The translations under genes were made by a program, and so were the position numbers. Under the pieces are notes generated by a model. That model was not told where the DNA came from. It was given only the letters and a program-made list of their open reading frames with translations, and did not search any database. Positions 14,709 through 27,650 of a stretch of 64,000 bases of DNA are shown here, piece after piece; position 1 is the first letter of the stretch, and each line of letters starts with the position of its first letter. Origin of the DNA: Vicugna vicugna (Eukaryota); contig MU058482.1 in the NCBI GenBank assembly GCA_013265495.1, forward strand, positions 406,962 through 470,961, read 5' to 3'.

Positions 14709-16699
14709 CATATATGTAATAATTGGCATGTTGTTGGAGATAAACAGGCATTAAAGCTGTGGTTTTTGAGGAATCATCTTTCACGCAGGAACACTGAGAT
14801 ACAGTAGAAGTAGATCTGAAAGTTCTTAGGTAGGCTAACATATCCATGGGCTTGCTGATTGTCACAGCTAGCATGGCATTCTTTTAATCAGGCTTGATCT
14901 GTAAGTGCTTTCTGATTTGTGCCTCAGATATTTACAGTGTTTTCTTAAGTTAAGTACACATTTTTAGGAAACACTTTCAGATGTACTTTCTGTAAATTGT
15001 AATCAGTTGTATTCCCACTTTTCTTTCCCTTACAAGATCACCCATGAAAACGTTCTGAAATTACATAGTGATGATGACTGCAGAAGTTTATGAGAATACT
15101 AAAAACCACTGAGTTGTACATATTCAAAGGGTTTATTTTATGGTTATGGTATGTGGATGATATCTCAGTTTAAATAAAGTTCTGGACAATGGAGTAATTC
15201 TTAATCATTCTTCTATAGAGAGAACTTGGGAGCACAGGAAACGTGCTTAATTAGTCAGGGTTGATAATAGCTGAGACATGATAAATACCTGGTAAGCAAA
15301 AGATCTGGTTCAAAAGGACCCTGGTTTTAGTTCAGTAGTCTTTGAGGACTTTATAATAAATAATTTATCACAAGTTACAAAAGGCAGTGGATAGTAATGT
15401 TGACAATGTATAAGTGACTGGACTATAAAGTTGTTCCACTAGAGATTTTTAGAGTGCTGTTGTTACTCCATATCTAAAAGATGAATTGTGTTGCACTTTG
15501 GGGAGCTGTAAGCTCCTATGTTAAAATTTAAAGCGCTCCAGATAGTTTCATAAAGAGCTGTATTTGAACCTGCCTTTGATATTAAGTAGGAGGTTTTTAG
15601 GCAAACAGGCTGAAGATACATCCCTAATAAAGATATAGAGTAGTGAATATCAATAGCATATTTGGGGAAGCAGCCAAGAATAAAAGAATGGTTGATTGTA
15701 AGGGGCTTTGTATAGCATTAAGTTGTGTCCTATTAGCAGAGAGATGTTGAAGGGGAAGACACACTGTTATATCTGTGAAAGTATGCTAGTAGAGAGTGGA
15801 GAAGAGTCCAGGTGGGGGAATGAAATGCAAGACAAGTGAATGAGGCTAACCATCATATTCCTTAAACTAATATTTGAGCCCTTTTTTTATTCTAGACACA
15901 CGAAGTTTTTAGATTTTGGATTAGTAAGTCAAAAAAAAAAATGGATTGGAGCTGCTTTCTGCCCCTCCCCATCTTATTGGCATTAGAGGAGCTATCTTCT
16001 TGCTTCCCTTCTTTTCTTCCATTTTTCTGATATTTCTGAGCAGCACTGGATCTGAGAGATGGGTTTTGTATATGTATATGAAGAAAGAATACATGAAATA
16101 TTTAGATTTTGAAGTTTTGAGAATTGAGTGAGACCATCTGCTTGGGAAAGGCATATGATTCAGAGAGCAAGAGGGTTCTTGGCTACTTGGAAAAGCTAAG
16201 AGGTGCCCCTTTCCCCTTTTTAGGTGTCACTTTTGATGACATTTTAGATATCATTTTATGTGTAGGCTAATTTTTCATTTGCTCAGAGCCCTTCTGTTGT
16301 GTCCTTGTGGAAACCTGATCATGCTGTCAGAAAGATTTTAGATGAGTGGATAGATGAGTATGATTATACTTTGAACATAAATGTGATACGATTATACTTA
16401 AATTTTGACAATAATACATTCTTTATTTCACTTAGCCTTAGTTTTGGGCAGTTATCTTATTTTTATTGTTTCCTGGACTTTTGTTGAGTAAGGGGAAAAT
16501 ACTTATTTGAAGAGAAAAGCATTTAAGTCTAGATCAGAGAATTTGCTGTATGGCTCTGAATTAAGTGCTGTTTTGGTTATATTATTACCTAGTCCAAAGG
16601 TAATCTCTGCTGTTTTAGGAATCTACTTCAGGATATTCTTCATCCAGGTATACTTTGTTAAGCTCCTTGATGTTAATTTTTATTTTTGTTTCTTTTTTT

Positions 16700-17520
16700 T
16701 AACCTGTTGGGATTTAATTCATTTTAAAGTGCACAGTTCGTTTTATGTATTCAGAGTTGTGTAGTCATGACCATGATCTAATTTTAGAACATTTCATCAC
16801 CCCCAAAATAAATAATTTACCAGCAGTCATTGCCTATTCTTTCTCTATCCCCAGGCCTAGCAACCACCAATCCACTTTCTGTCTATAGATTTGCCTTTTG
16901 TGGACATTTCATGTCAGTGGAATCTACAGGGTGTGCCTTTGTGACTAATTGCTTTCATGAATGTTTCACTGTTGATCCATGGTACACCATATGTTAGTAC
17001 TTCATTCCTTTTTATTGTTGAATTACGTTCCATTGTATGGATAATACCACGTTTTGTTTATGCATTCATTGGTTTGTGGACTTTTGACATGTTTCCATAT
17101 TTTGAATAATGCTGCTCTGAATATCGGTGTACAGACTTTTGCATGGACATCTGTTTTCATTTCCCTTGGGTATGTACCTAGTAGAATTACTGGGTCTTAC
17201 AATAATTCTGTGTTTAATCTTTTGGGGAACTGCCATACTGTCCTCCAAAGCAGCTATATCATTGTACGTTCCCATCAGCCATGTATGAGGGTTCCAGTTT
17301 CTCTACATCCTTGCCAACATTTGTTTTATTATGTATCTTTGTTATTTAAGCTATTTTAGTATGTGGTTTATCCTATTGTGGTTTTGATTTGCATTTTGTT
17401 AAAAGCTGGGATTGAGTTTTCATGTGCTGATTGGCTATTTATCTTTGGAGAAATGTATTCAGATCTGTTGCCCAGTTTCCTAGTAGGTAAGGCTTTTTCA
17501 TATATTCTGGCAATGTCTCT
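16700..17520 (-). mobile_element. Old L1M 3' region
   Basis: Typical antisense L1 motifs (gcaaccaccaatccactttctgtctatagatttgcc; gaataatgctgctctgaa; gagggttccagtttctctacatccttgccaac). Confidence 0.8.
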
Positions 17521-17741
17521 GGATACAGGATCTGATACTGACATTTTTGAAGTTTATTTGTTTATAGTATCACCATTTGGCTTTGTGATCATAAGAAATG
17601 TGTGACCATCAATACTGAGGACATTTAGCTAGTTTGTAAAGATTATGGTTTTGTTATAGACTGAAAATTTAGAGAATTCTACACTCTTGGGAAATTTTTC
17701 ATAGACAGTAGGTAGATACCTATGGAAGGAACAAACTAAAA

Positions 17742-17925
17742 TAGTGCTGTCCAGTAGAGCTTTGTGTGATGATGTCATATTCTGTATCTTCACTGTTGGT
17801 GCAATAGACAGCCACTCATGGCTTTTATCACTTGAAATGTGGCTAGTGAGATGAAGGAACTGAATTCTAAATTTGTTTTAAATAGTCACACATGGCTAGT
17901 GACTACTCAGTTGGACAGTACAGGT
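17742..17925. mobile_element. hAT-Charlie MITE, MER3-like
   Basis: TIRs gtgctgtccagtag / cagttggacagtac, with internal cacttgaaatgtggctagtg...gaactgaatt. Confidence 0.8.
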
Positions 17926-18654
17926 CTAGAATGCTGCAAAGTTAGTCTTAACTGGGTCAAACAAATTTTGAGTATGAGAGTTACGATGACTAAAGACTGC
18001 TTACCAGGAAGGAAATGAGAGAACCCAGACTGTAGTTTTGGAACAAAGTTGACAAGATTATTGAAAGACTATCCAGGAAACTTAATGTTATTTTTCAAGA
18101 GAGAAAAAGACAATCCTTTTGATAAATAGTGTAAGCTTATATTTGGTACCCTCTTAAGAATTGTAACCCAAGGAACAAGAACCAAAGTCCGCCAAATAGA
18201 ATTTGACTTGTTGAGGCATGTAAACTTTTCAAGGACCTTTATTACCGTACAGTGATAAGTATGTTATTAGTATGAGATTAGTGGAGTTCAACAAGCAGAT
18301 CAGATTAATAGGGTGCAAAAAAAGGGAAAACTCATCTATGGAAAATTGTGTTTTTGATTTCCTTACAGCAAGCCTGACATAATAGTCTCGAATTAGGTAT
18401 ATTATAAGCAAAAGATCCAATTTTTATTTTGTAACGAATAGCTTGAAAAAGGATTCGATTTTGCAGTAGATTATTATAGTCAACTTTTGTCCTATTTTCT
18501 TAGGGAAATATTCTAATAGTCTTTATAAAGCTAGGTAAAAGGCAGACCAATCCTCCTGGCTTTACAGTTATAAGGGTAGGTTTGGTTTGTTTTCTGGTTT
18601 TGATTATGTGACTTATGATAAATTCTTTCCTGGAGGCCAGTTTTGGAAGGCCAC

Positions 18655-19520
18655 TTTCTCAGCAAATATTTGTCAACATCTTATTGTGAGGTGTTACTGT
18701 GTGCACCAGGGGTACTAGTGGAAAAAATACATGGCCTGAGAAGATGGATGGGTTGAACACCTCATATAGAGCATGTTAAGATGTTGTTTATCTTAGTTTT
18801 TACTTTGAATGAGGGGAAGCCATTGGAGAATTACAAGCAGAAGAGAGGCTCTTATTTGTAATACTTTAACAAGATTGCTCTAAAAATAGATAGTAAGTGG
18901 CTGATGGAAAAATTCAGGCAGTCACTTGAGGAAGGACCAGGGAAGTGACAATGGAAGAGGTGAGGAGTAATTGAATTCTGAAGTTAATGCAAACAGATTT
19001 GCTCTCAGATCTATCTGAGGGCTGAGAAAGGAATCAAAGATGTCACCAAAGTTTTGGCCTGCATAACTAGACTGGGAGTTTATAGAAATAGTGATGGGGA
19101 AAGAAATAGAAGGAACCAGAGTGAGGGGTGAATATCACAGATGAATTCTGGACATGTTATTTTAAGCTCCTTATTGGACATCTACTTCGAGAGATGTTGA
19201 CTAGGCAGTTGTTTATATGAGGTAAATGGCAGTCATCTGTTTGTAGGTTGTACGTGAGTGGAGATAGAAAATGGAGATCCCTGGAGACGGGAGTTCAGGA
19301 ATGAGCAAAGATGACTGAGAATGTCACAAAGAAAAAAAGTTGGAGAAAAAACAAGTTGTGTGAACAGACATGTTATTTAAGTAATGTGAGAAACTGTCTG
19401 ATTTAGCAAGTGTGGAGTTCATTGGTGACTTTGACAAGGGTAGGTTTTAATAATAGTGGAGGCACAAAACTTTGCAGGGAGATTCAAGAAAGAATGGAAA
19501 GAAATTGTGGAGATGGCACA
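18655..19520 (-). mobile_element. L2 fragments
   Basis: L2 3'-end motif cagcaaatatttg followed by purine-rich L2-like sequence (gaaaggaatcaaagatg...ttttggcctg; cattggtgactttgacaag). Confidence 0.65.
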
Positions 19521-22500
19521 GAAAACTTTTTTTATATACAGTAAAGTTTACTCTTTCAGTATACAGTTTTTACATGCATAGCCATGTATCTACCAGTACA
19601 ATCAAGATGTAGATAGTTCCATACCTCCCCAAAATTTCACCAGGAAGCTCCTTTGTATGCAGTTCCTCCCTCCCTGTCCCCTAACAACCACAAATCTGTT
19701 ATTTCAGACAACTTAAAAGAAGTTTTATTCTAAGTGAAGGAGAGAAGTGTACTCTGACCTGACTTGATAAAATGAGAATGTAGGAATGAATGGGCTTATA
19801 TGTTCTTAATATATGGTTTATAAACAATAATTTTCTAAATACTTTTATAATTTCAGGGGTTTTTTTGTTTTTGATAAAAATTGGACCACACTGACAATTT
19901 TAAGACATTATCTTTTGGAAAGGTTCAAAGTGACATTTGGGGATGTGTGTTTAGGACAACATGACAAATGAATAATAGTATAATTCTTTGGAAATTCAGG
20001 GGTCTTGAAAAGATTATCACCTGGATGGGAAGTTTTATAAACAGAAGCAAAGGCAGGGGTTTAAGTTAACATTGTCTTGCATCCAGTCCTGTTTCTAAAA
20101 GGATTGATTAAGGACTCAAAGCAATCTGCATTTTATCACCCAGATTATTTTTTGCTTTCAGGTGAATTTTCAAATTGTCTTCCCATGGTACTTCTAGTTA
20201 TATGTAAACATAGTTTCCTAATGAATCTATCAAGAAAATTCAGCGTATTTGCTTTGAGATGCAGCTTTTCATATTTTAAGATTTATGAAATTGGATGCAT
20301 TTTTAAATGAGTATGTACATTTAATATTTTTTCCCTCATAAAACTAAACAAATCAACGGGACAATTTTTAATGAAATGTATCTTTTTTAATACCAACAAT
20401 TCTTTACAAAAGAAGATTGCAGAACCAATTATTGACTGGTACTATTGGTTCTACATATATATAGGTGCTATTGATTCCTGCTGTTTGTAAGTAGCAATGC
20501 ACATGGTGTTCTCCAACCTTGATCATTGTTATTTGGGCAAGGTTTGTAAACCTACAGAGGTAATAATAACCTCTTTTTTCCTTTAGTTACAAAATTCTTT
20601 AGTTAAAATTTGATAGTGTGGTTGCCCCTGTATATTGAATGATCCTGTGCAGCATACTGGTTTATCTTTTTAGTACCTTATCATTTAGATGAGCATTACT
20701 TGCTGTTTTTATATTTGACTGTCATACAGATAATCTGTATCCTTAATGGAACATAAAGTGCAACTATGCAAATTTAGCGTGGTAATAGGCACTCCATCCA
20801 TAAATTGCATTAGCAAAACAAGTGTAAGTTAACAGTTGTATCTAGCTTGGCTTCTCCCAGACTCATCAAGGCAATGTTGTGGAGGGGTGCCTGCACATAC
20901 AACATTTAGCAATTCTCTTAATTTAGAAATAAAACACAAATTATAGGAATTTCCCTAGTTGATTTATTTTTAAGCACAATGGCAAGAATTCCAGCTACAT
21001 CATGGAAATGGGGTTTTTGGGGGGTGGGTCAGTATTTGACATGACATAGTTTCATATTTTCATTTTAATGTAAACCTGAATTAAACATATTACATAGTCA
21101 TTTTTAGCACTTTCTTCCTTACATAATTAAAGCAAAGTCAATGGCCCATTCATTTGTAAAATTTTGAGATTTAAAGAAATATATACTATTACAATTACAT
21201 TAGGGTAAACTTTTAAAATTTTTGGTTTTCAATAAGTATTTATATGTTAAGAATTGTATACCATAGTTTTTAATAACAAATTTCAGATAATTTTATTGTG
21301 TTAATTACTATATTAAAAAATGGTAAGATATAAAGTCTACTGAGGGATTGTACCATCAATATCGTCCAGTGGATGTGTTTTGGGAGTTTTAAAAATGATT
21401 GGAAAGTGGTTCCCTTAATCATTCAAATACGGTTTCCCATTTTACAAAGAGTGGGAAAGAAATACCAGAAATACATTTTATAATGTTTCAAATATGCCAG
21501 TTATTGGAAGGTCTTGATTCTTGAACAGTTTTTTAAATCCTGGTTATTCATGAGGATCAGTAGTTGATATTCTGCTTGTGTAGTATAACATGTCAGTACG
21601 CAGAAGGCCAAAGATAAATAAATTTTGTAAAATTTTTTTCTACAGCACTGTATAGCATAATGTTATGTGAAGGGTGTGTTCTGAAGGTTTGCTTTGGATG
21701 ATATATTGGGAAACCTGTAACTGAAGTTGCAGATTGTTGTAAATCGGAGCACACTGGTAGGCACCAAACTTGCAGTGGTTACAGTAGCAGATCTTCACTC
21801 AAGGCTTTAGTTTAAGTTCTTTAAGTGAATTGTTAGCGTGCTGGTTACTATCTGTATTAGAGTCTTGGTGGCAGCAGAGTTTGAGAAAGGTATTGTCATT
21901 AGATAATTAGGAAATTATTTCACTAGAGCTAGGATGGAAAAACCTACACTTTCGGCTTTTAAACTCCATACATAATTTTTGCGATCTAGATAACATTGTT
22001 TTCCATGGCTTTCTCTAGCTCTGTCCCACAGACTACATTTTACTGATATTTATTCACTGGAATTTTGTTCATCTTCACTTTCTTAAAATCATTCCTTTTG
22101 AATCTTACGAATTTGTACATACTTTCCTCTATGCCTCTCTAAATATAAAGCATGCTTCTCAGAAATGAGCACATAGTATTCTAGATTTGATTCTGATTAG
22201 CTCAGATAGAATAGAATATTGCTGCTGTTTCTGTATGAGTGAGTTTTAACTTTGTGGATAGGTCCATTCACAGAATTTTAGCAGACGATTTCGGGGAGTC
22301 TCAGACATTCTAAAGCCCAAACATAGTAGCCTGTAAAATCAATTGCTTTTCTGGGAAAATCAAAGGTAATGAGAAAGAAACTTGAAAATTTCCCATTATA
22401 GGTGAAAAATAATGAAGTGGAAGAAAAAAATACCTCCTAACCCTTGAATGAAATTTTAAGGGGATTACATATTTAAAATGAATTTGATAAATCAGTATTA

Positions 22501-24249
22501 TTTGGGGAGGGAGAATTAATTTTACTGGATTGATTGTTCTCACTTATTTTTTTCATATTGTATTTATTTTTTATTCGCATTTTTATATGCAACAATGTCT
22601 GAAAATTAGTTTCCAGAATTTGATGATATGCTTAAAATTATTTTTAAACTGTCCATATTTTTAAGACAGGAAGCAGCTGTGGTACATTAAATACATTCAG
22701 GAGTATGTAGATTTTTACTAATATATTCTAGTTGTTTCTACTTTAGTAGTGATAGAACTGTATTATTAATCAGGGTTTTTGAGACGCAAAGATTACTTTG
22801 TGTTACATCTGGTCATTTGAGAACCTTGTCTTTAAAAACCTGTACATTTAATAAATCAATAAATTAAATAAAAACATTTAATAATAACAATTGTAATGCT
22901 TATGTTTTAGCTTGGAGATTAGGATAGAGGATTTTTGTCTTATTTGTTTAGAGTATTAGCTAGCTAATGTATGTCTAGAAATGTTTTAATTTTTTTTAAA
23001 TGGTATTTTAACTGCCTTTTATTCTGACTGGATTTTATATTAACACTTAGTATCCAGATTTCTGATTTAGGGTATAGTTGTAATTCTCTTAGTGTTTGGT
23101 GCTTGTTCCTCTGGTAATAATGAAACCTTCATGAAGACTTTTTAAGGACTTGGGTTTTATCAGTACGGGATCAGCAGCTGTTTTGTTGCCTCATGTGATT
23201 TACTGTATAGCTTTTTTGGGGGGAAAATGGTTACTTAATCTGTAGCTGATTCTTTAAGCTGTCGTATTTAGCTTCCTTTAACCATAAGGGTTATCACAGT
23301 AGGTATGGTTTCTCTTGGTGCTTTCTCCTCATGTTTTCAGAATCATGCACTTTGGCATTTTACAAGGCAAGATCTACTTAAACGTCCTTAAAGGAATCTG
23401 GGAGTTATTTTGAGAGTCAATTTTTGCTTAAGCAGCAGTTAAGTTCTGTGGCACTAAAAGCCCTTTGGCATTACTAGTTGATCTTTTTAAATATGTTTTT
23501 CCCCCCAGAGAACGAGAGCATTTGACTTCCATTTGTGTTCATGGGGCCATTACATAGATTCAAAATACACTGCATTTCTTGTTTCATTTTTGGTATGGCA
23601 GTTTACTCTTGTCAGATGAACTAGTATGGTTCAAAAGGAAATTCCAGTGCCAAGAAGTGTAGGGAATCTGGAATGGCTAGCTCATTGGTTTGGAGTGAGT
23701 GGATTGGGAGGTAGATTAGATCTCTGAATCCAACAGGGCTGAGGCATGAGCTGTTTCATGCCTTAAAATGGGGATATAACTTACATTTTTACCACCAGAA
23801 ATTGTGCAAAGTATCATCACTTCATACAAAAGGAAATAGTTTCTGAACATTGATATTTTATGGTTTCTGAAAATTTGGGACCAAAATATGAAAAGCTTTA
23901 TGTAAAAACAGAAGATAGTAGTGATTATAAAAAGTTACTGTTAATAAGGATCTCGTTTGTTTGTTTTTGTTAATTCCCATAAATGAATTATAACTGACAA
24001 ACAGCTCTGTTACTATTTGTCTACTGAAAAGAAACCTTTGCAGAAGCACTAAGGCCATCCTACTTTCTGAATCTTACATTTTCTTATTTCCTTGGGCTCA
24101 AACTTAAAGGTGTTCCTTATTGGAGCTTTTAAAACAAGATGTATGGGTGCTTTCGTAACTTTTACTATATCATTGATTCTTTGGCATATGACAAGTCAGT
24201 AGCTACTTGCTTCACGGGGGAACGTGTTGGGTGGTCAATATTAAAAACT

Positions 24250-24356
24250 TTTTTTTTAACATTTTTTATTGATTTATAATCATTTTACAATGTTGTGTCA
24301 AATTCCAGTGTTCAGCACAATTTTTCAGTTATTCATGGACATATACACACTCATTG
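24250..24356 (-). mobile_element. Very short young L1 3' end
   Basis: About 100 nt nearly identical to 12413-12513. TSD TTAAAAACT at 24241-24249 and 24357-24365. Confidence 0.88.
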
Positions 24357-24559
24357 TTAAAAACTGTTTTAAGTGTAGATTGGTAGTAAGTTGGGTTGAG
24401 CAGAAGAGAGAATTGTCTATGAGACTATAAAGTCAGTGTTCCCAGTACCAGCAGGAATTCCAAAGCTTTGAAGTTAGGCAGAGCAGCAGTTGGTGGGTTT
24501 TTTAATAGAAGAGTTAAGTTAGTAGCTAAAAAGGTGCAGAACTGGAATTATAAGAATTT

Positions 24560-24643
24560 GGGGGGCGTATGGGTCAGATCCTGGGTTCAGTCCCCAGTAC
24601 CTCCATTAAATAAATAACTAACCTAATTTACCCCCCACCTCCA
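24560..24643 (+). mobile_element. Internally deleted Vic-1-like SINE
   Basis: tcctgggttcagtccccagtacctccattaaataaataactaacctaatt: B box and tail present, A-box region missing. Confidence 0.75.
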
Positions 24644-25429
24644 ATTTTTTTTCCTACTTGTGTATCTTAACCTTTTATGCTGCCACACAGGCTTTTTGTA
24701 AAACTAACAACGTGGAATGAAGAGACTTTATAGAGCTGATATCCATGTGTAGGAAGTTTTTGTATTTTGATATTATCTCTTCACAAATGTAAGGGTCAGT
24801 AGCAAGCCATCGCTTTGGTATACCTTTAGCAATCACTGGAATACTTATCCAGTGGAAGCAGCAGTCAGTGATCTGGGGGGAACCAAATGTATGCTAGGCG
24901 GTGGATTTAGGCACTAGTGAATAATGAACAAGATAGACAATATTTTCTGTCCTTGTGGAGCTTATGCTAAATGTTGTTAAAATTGGTATTTACACCCAGC
25001 TAACATAAATAGTTGTTTCTATAGGCCAAAAAATGGTTAATGTTGGCAATCTTGTATGGTTTTTACATGGATTCAGCATAGTATTACTAACTAGGGGTAT
25101 TATTTCTATGCTTCTGTGGTTGAAAAGATCAGGGATTTAGCTAACAGTAGCTCTGTTTGTAGACTTGGTTAATTGGAGTCTTTTAATGAGTAGTTTATTT
25201 GGCTTATTTGAATTGTTTATTGTAGCAAATATATGAAAAGAATAAGATCTCTGTAAAAAGTAATGTTAATAGTGCCATTATACAGAGGAGACTTTTTATG
25301 TCTAGTGCTTAAGGCAACCGTGTCATTGCGTTTGTGTATATGTGTAGTATTTTCTTAAAAGTAGCTGCAGTATTGAACATAGTGAAGAATTAAGGATTTT
25401 ACTGGCCTTTTGAATGAAATTTAACTTAG

Positions 25430-25774
<345 letters not shown>

Positions 25775-26195
25775 TAATGCAGTTAATAATGTTCAGATTT
25801 TGAACAAATGGCTTTTTGCATAATCAAAATAATGGAAGAAAAGAAAATAGTGATTACGAGGCCAACCCTAGACAGTCTTCTATCCCTAAGACCTTGGTAG
25901 TTTGAAAAAAAGTAATTAGATTTTAGGAAGTTGAGGCACCTATTCAGTGTATGAAATATTGTCAGTAAAACAGTACAGAAAGTGCTTTAAAATAGAATTG
26001 AGGTCTTTAGCAGGCATACGAAAGTAAGAATGCAACTGCTAAGGGAGTAGGCACATTAGATTCAGTTTTCAACTACCAGCTTAAAGATCGAAGGTCCCCA
26101 TTACTAGGACAATCTGGTGCTGACTCAGTTTCTCTCTAAGGGATCTGTTGGCTGCTGGTGTATAGCCTGGTGGAAATGTGTATGGTAACTGGTAG

Positions 26196-26393
<198 letters not shown>

Positions 26394-26572
26394 TAGTCAC
26401 CTAAGATAGTTGAAAGTATATGTTGGAATAGTGGGATATAAAGCAATTGAATATGAAACTTGCGGAGTTTGACTTGGGAAGGGCATTTGTGTGGGAGGAT
26501 TTAGACTTGTGCTGCAGTTCTATGATCATTAGTGGGGATTGTCTACATCCTGTGGACATTACTTGCCCCTAG

Positions 26573-26824
<252 letters not shown>

Positions 26825-26857
26825 TAACTCCATCCTATTTGTGTCTGTTTCTCACAG

Positions 26858-26941
26858 CTGGAGTTGATCAAGGATGATGAAAAAGAGGCTGAGGAAGGAG
26901 AGGATGACAGAGACAGCGCCAATGGCGAGGATGACTCTTAA
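26858..26941 (+). CDS. HNRNPC: hnRNP C last coding exon up to the stop codon
   Basis: Acceptor tttctcacag ends at 26857. Encodes [27 protein letters not shown], with TAA at 26939-26941. Summed CDS is 885 nt (C1) or 924 nt (C2), in frame. Confidence 0.97.
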
Positions 26942-27203
26942 GCACATAGTGGGGTTTAGAAATCTTGTCCCATTATTTCTTTACCTAGGCGCTTGTCTAA
27001 GATCAAAATTTTCACCAGATCCTCTCCCCTAGTATCTTCAGCACATGCTCACTGTTCTCCCCATCCTTGTCCTTCCCATGTTCATTAATTCATACTGCCC
27101 TGCGCCTAGTCCCATTTTCACTTCCTTTGACGCTCCTAGTAGTTATGTTAAGTCTTACCCTGTAATTCTTGCTTTTAATTTTGATACCTCTTTATGACTT
27201 AAC

Positions 27204-27209
27204 AATAAA
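27204..27209 (+). terminator. HNRNPC: Proximal poly(A) signal candidate in the HNRNPC 3' UTR
   Basis: AATAAA about 260 nt after the stop codon. Confidence 0.5.
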
Positions 27210-27571
27210 AAGGATGTATGGTTTTTATCAACTGTCTCCAAAATAATCTCTTGTTATGCAGGGAGTACAGTTCTTTCCATTTATACATGAGTTCAGTAGT
27301 TGCTTCCCTAACTGCAAAGGCAATCTCATTAGTTGAGTAGCACCTGAGAGCAGCTTTGAGTTAGAGGTATGTGTGTTATACCCCACATAAGAGTGCTGTG
27401 TGGGGCTGTTCAACACGAATGTAACAATGTATTTTTGCGAATGAGAATTGGCATGTCAAATGCATCCTCTAGAAAAATGATTAGTGTAACAGTCTTAAGA
27501 TTTGTTTTCTAAAGTTGATACTGTGGGTTATTTTTGTGAACAGCCTGATGTTTGGGACCTTTTTTTCTCAA

Positions 27572-27650
27572 AATAAACAAGTCCTTATTAAACCAGGAAT
27601 TTGGAGAAAAAATAAACACCCTGGTTTTTTATTTTTGTATTTTATAATTG
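27572..27650 (+). terminator. HNRNPC: Probable main HNRNPC poly(A) signal cluster
   Basis: AATAAA 27572-27577, ATTAAA 27587-27592 and AATAAA 27611-27616, followed by a U/GU-rich tract (ggttttttatttttgtatttt). Confidence 0.7.

Noticed and set aside
23701..23763. Two adjacent hairpins suggesting an H/ACA snoRNA
   Set aside because: The hairpins are too short, and there is no ANANNA hinge or properly placed ACA.
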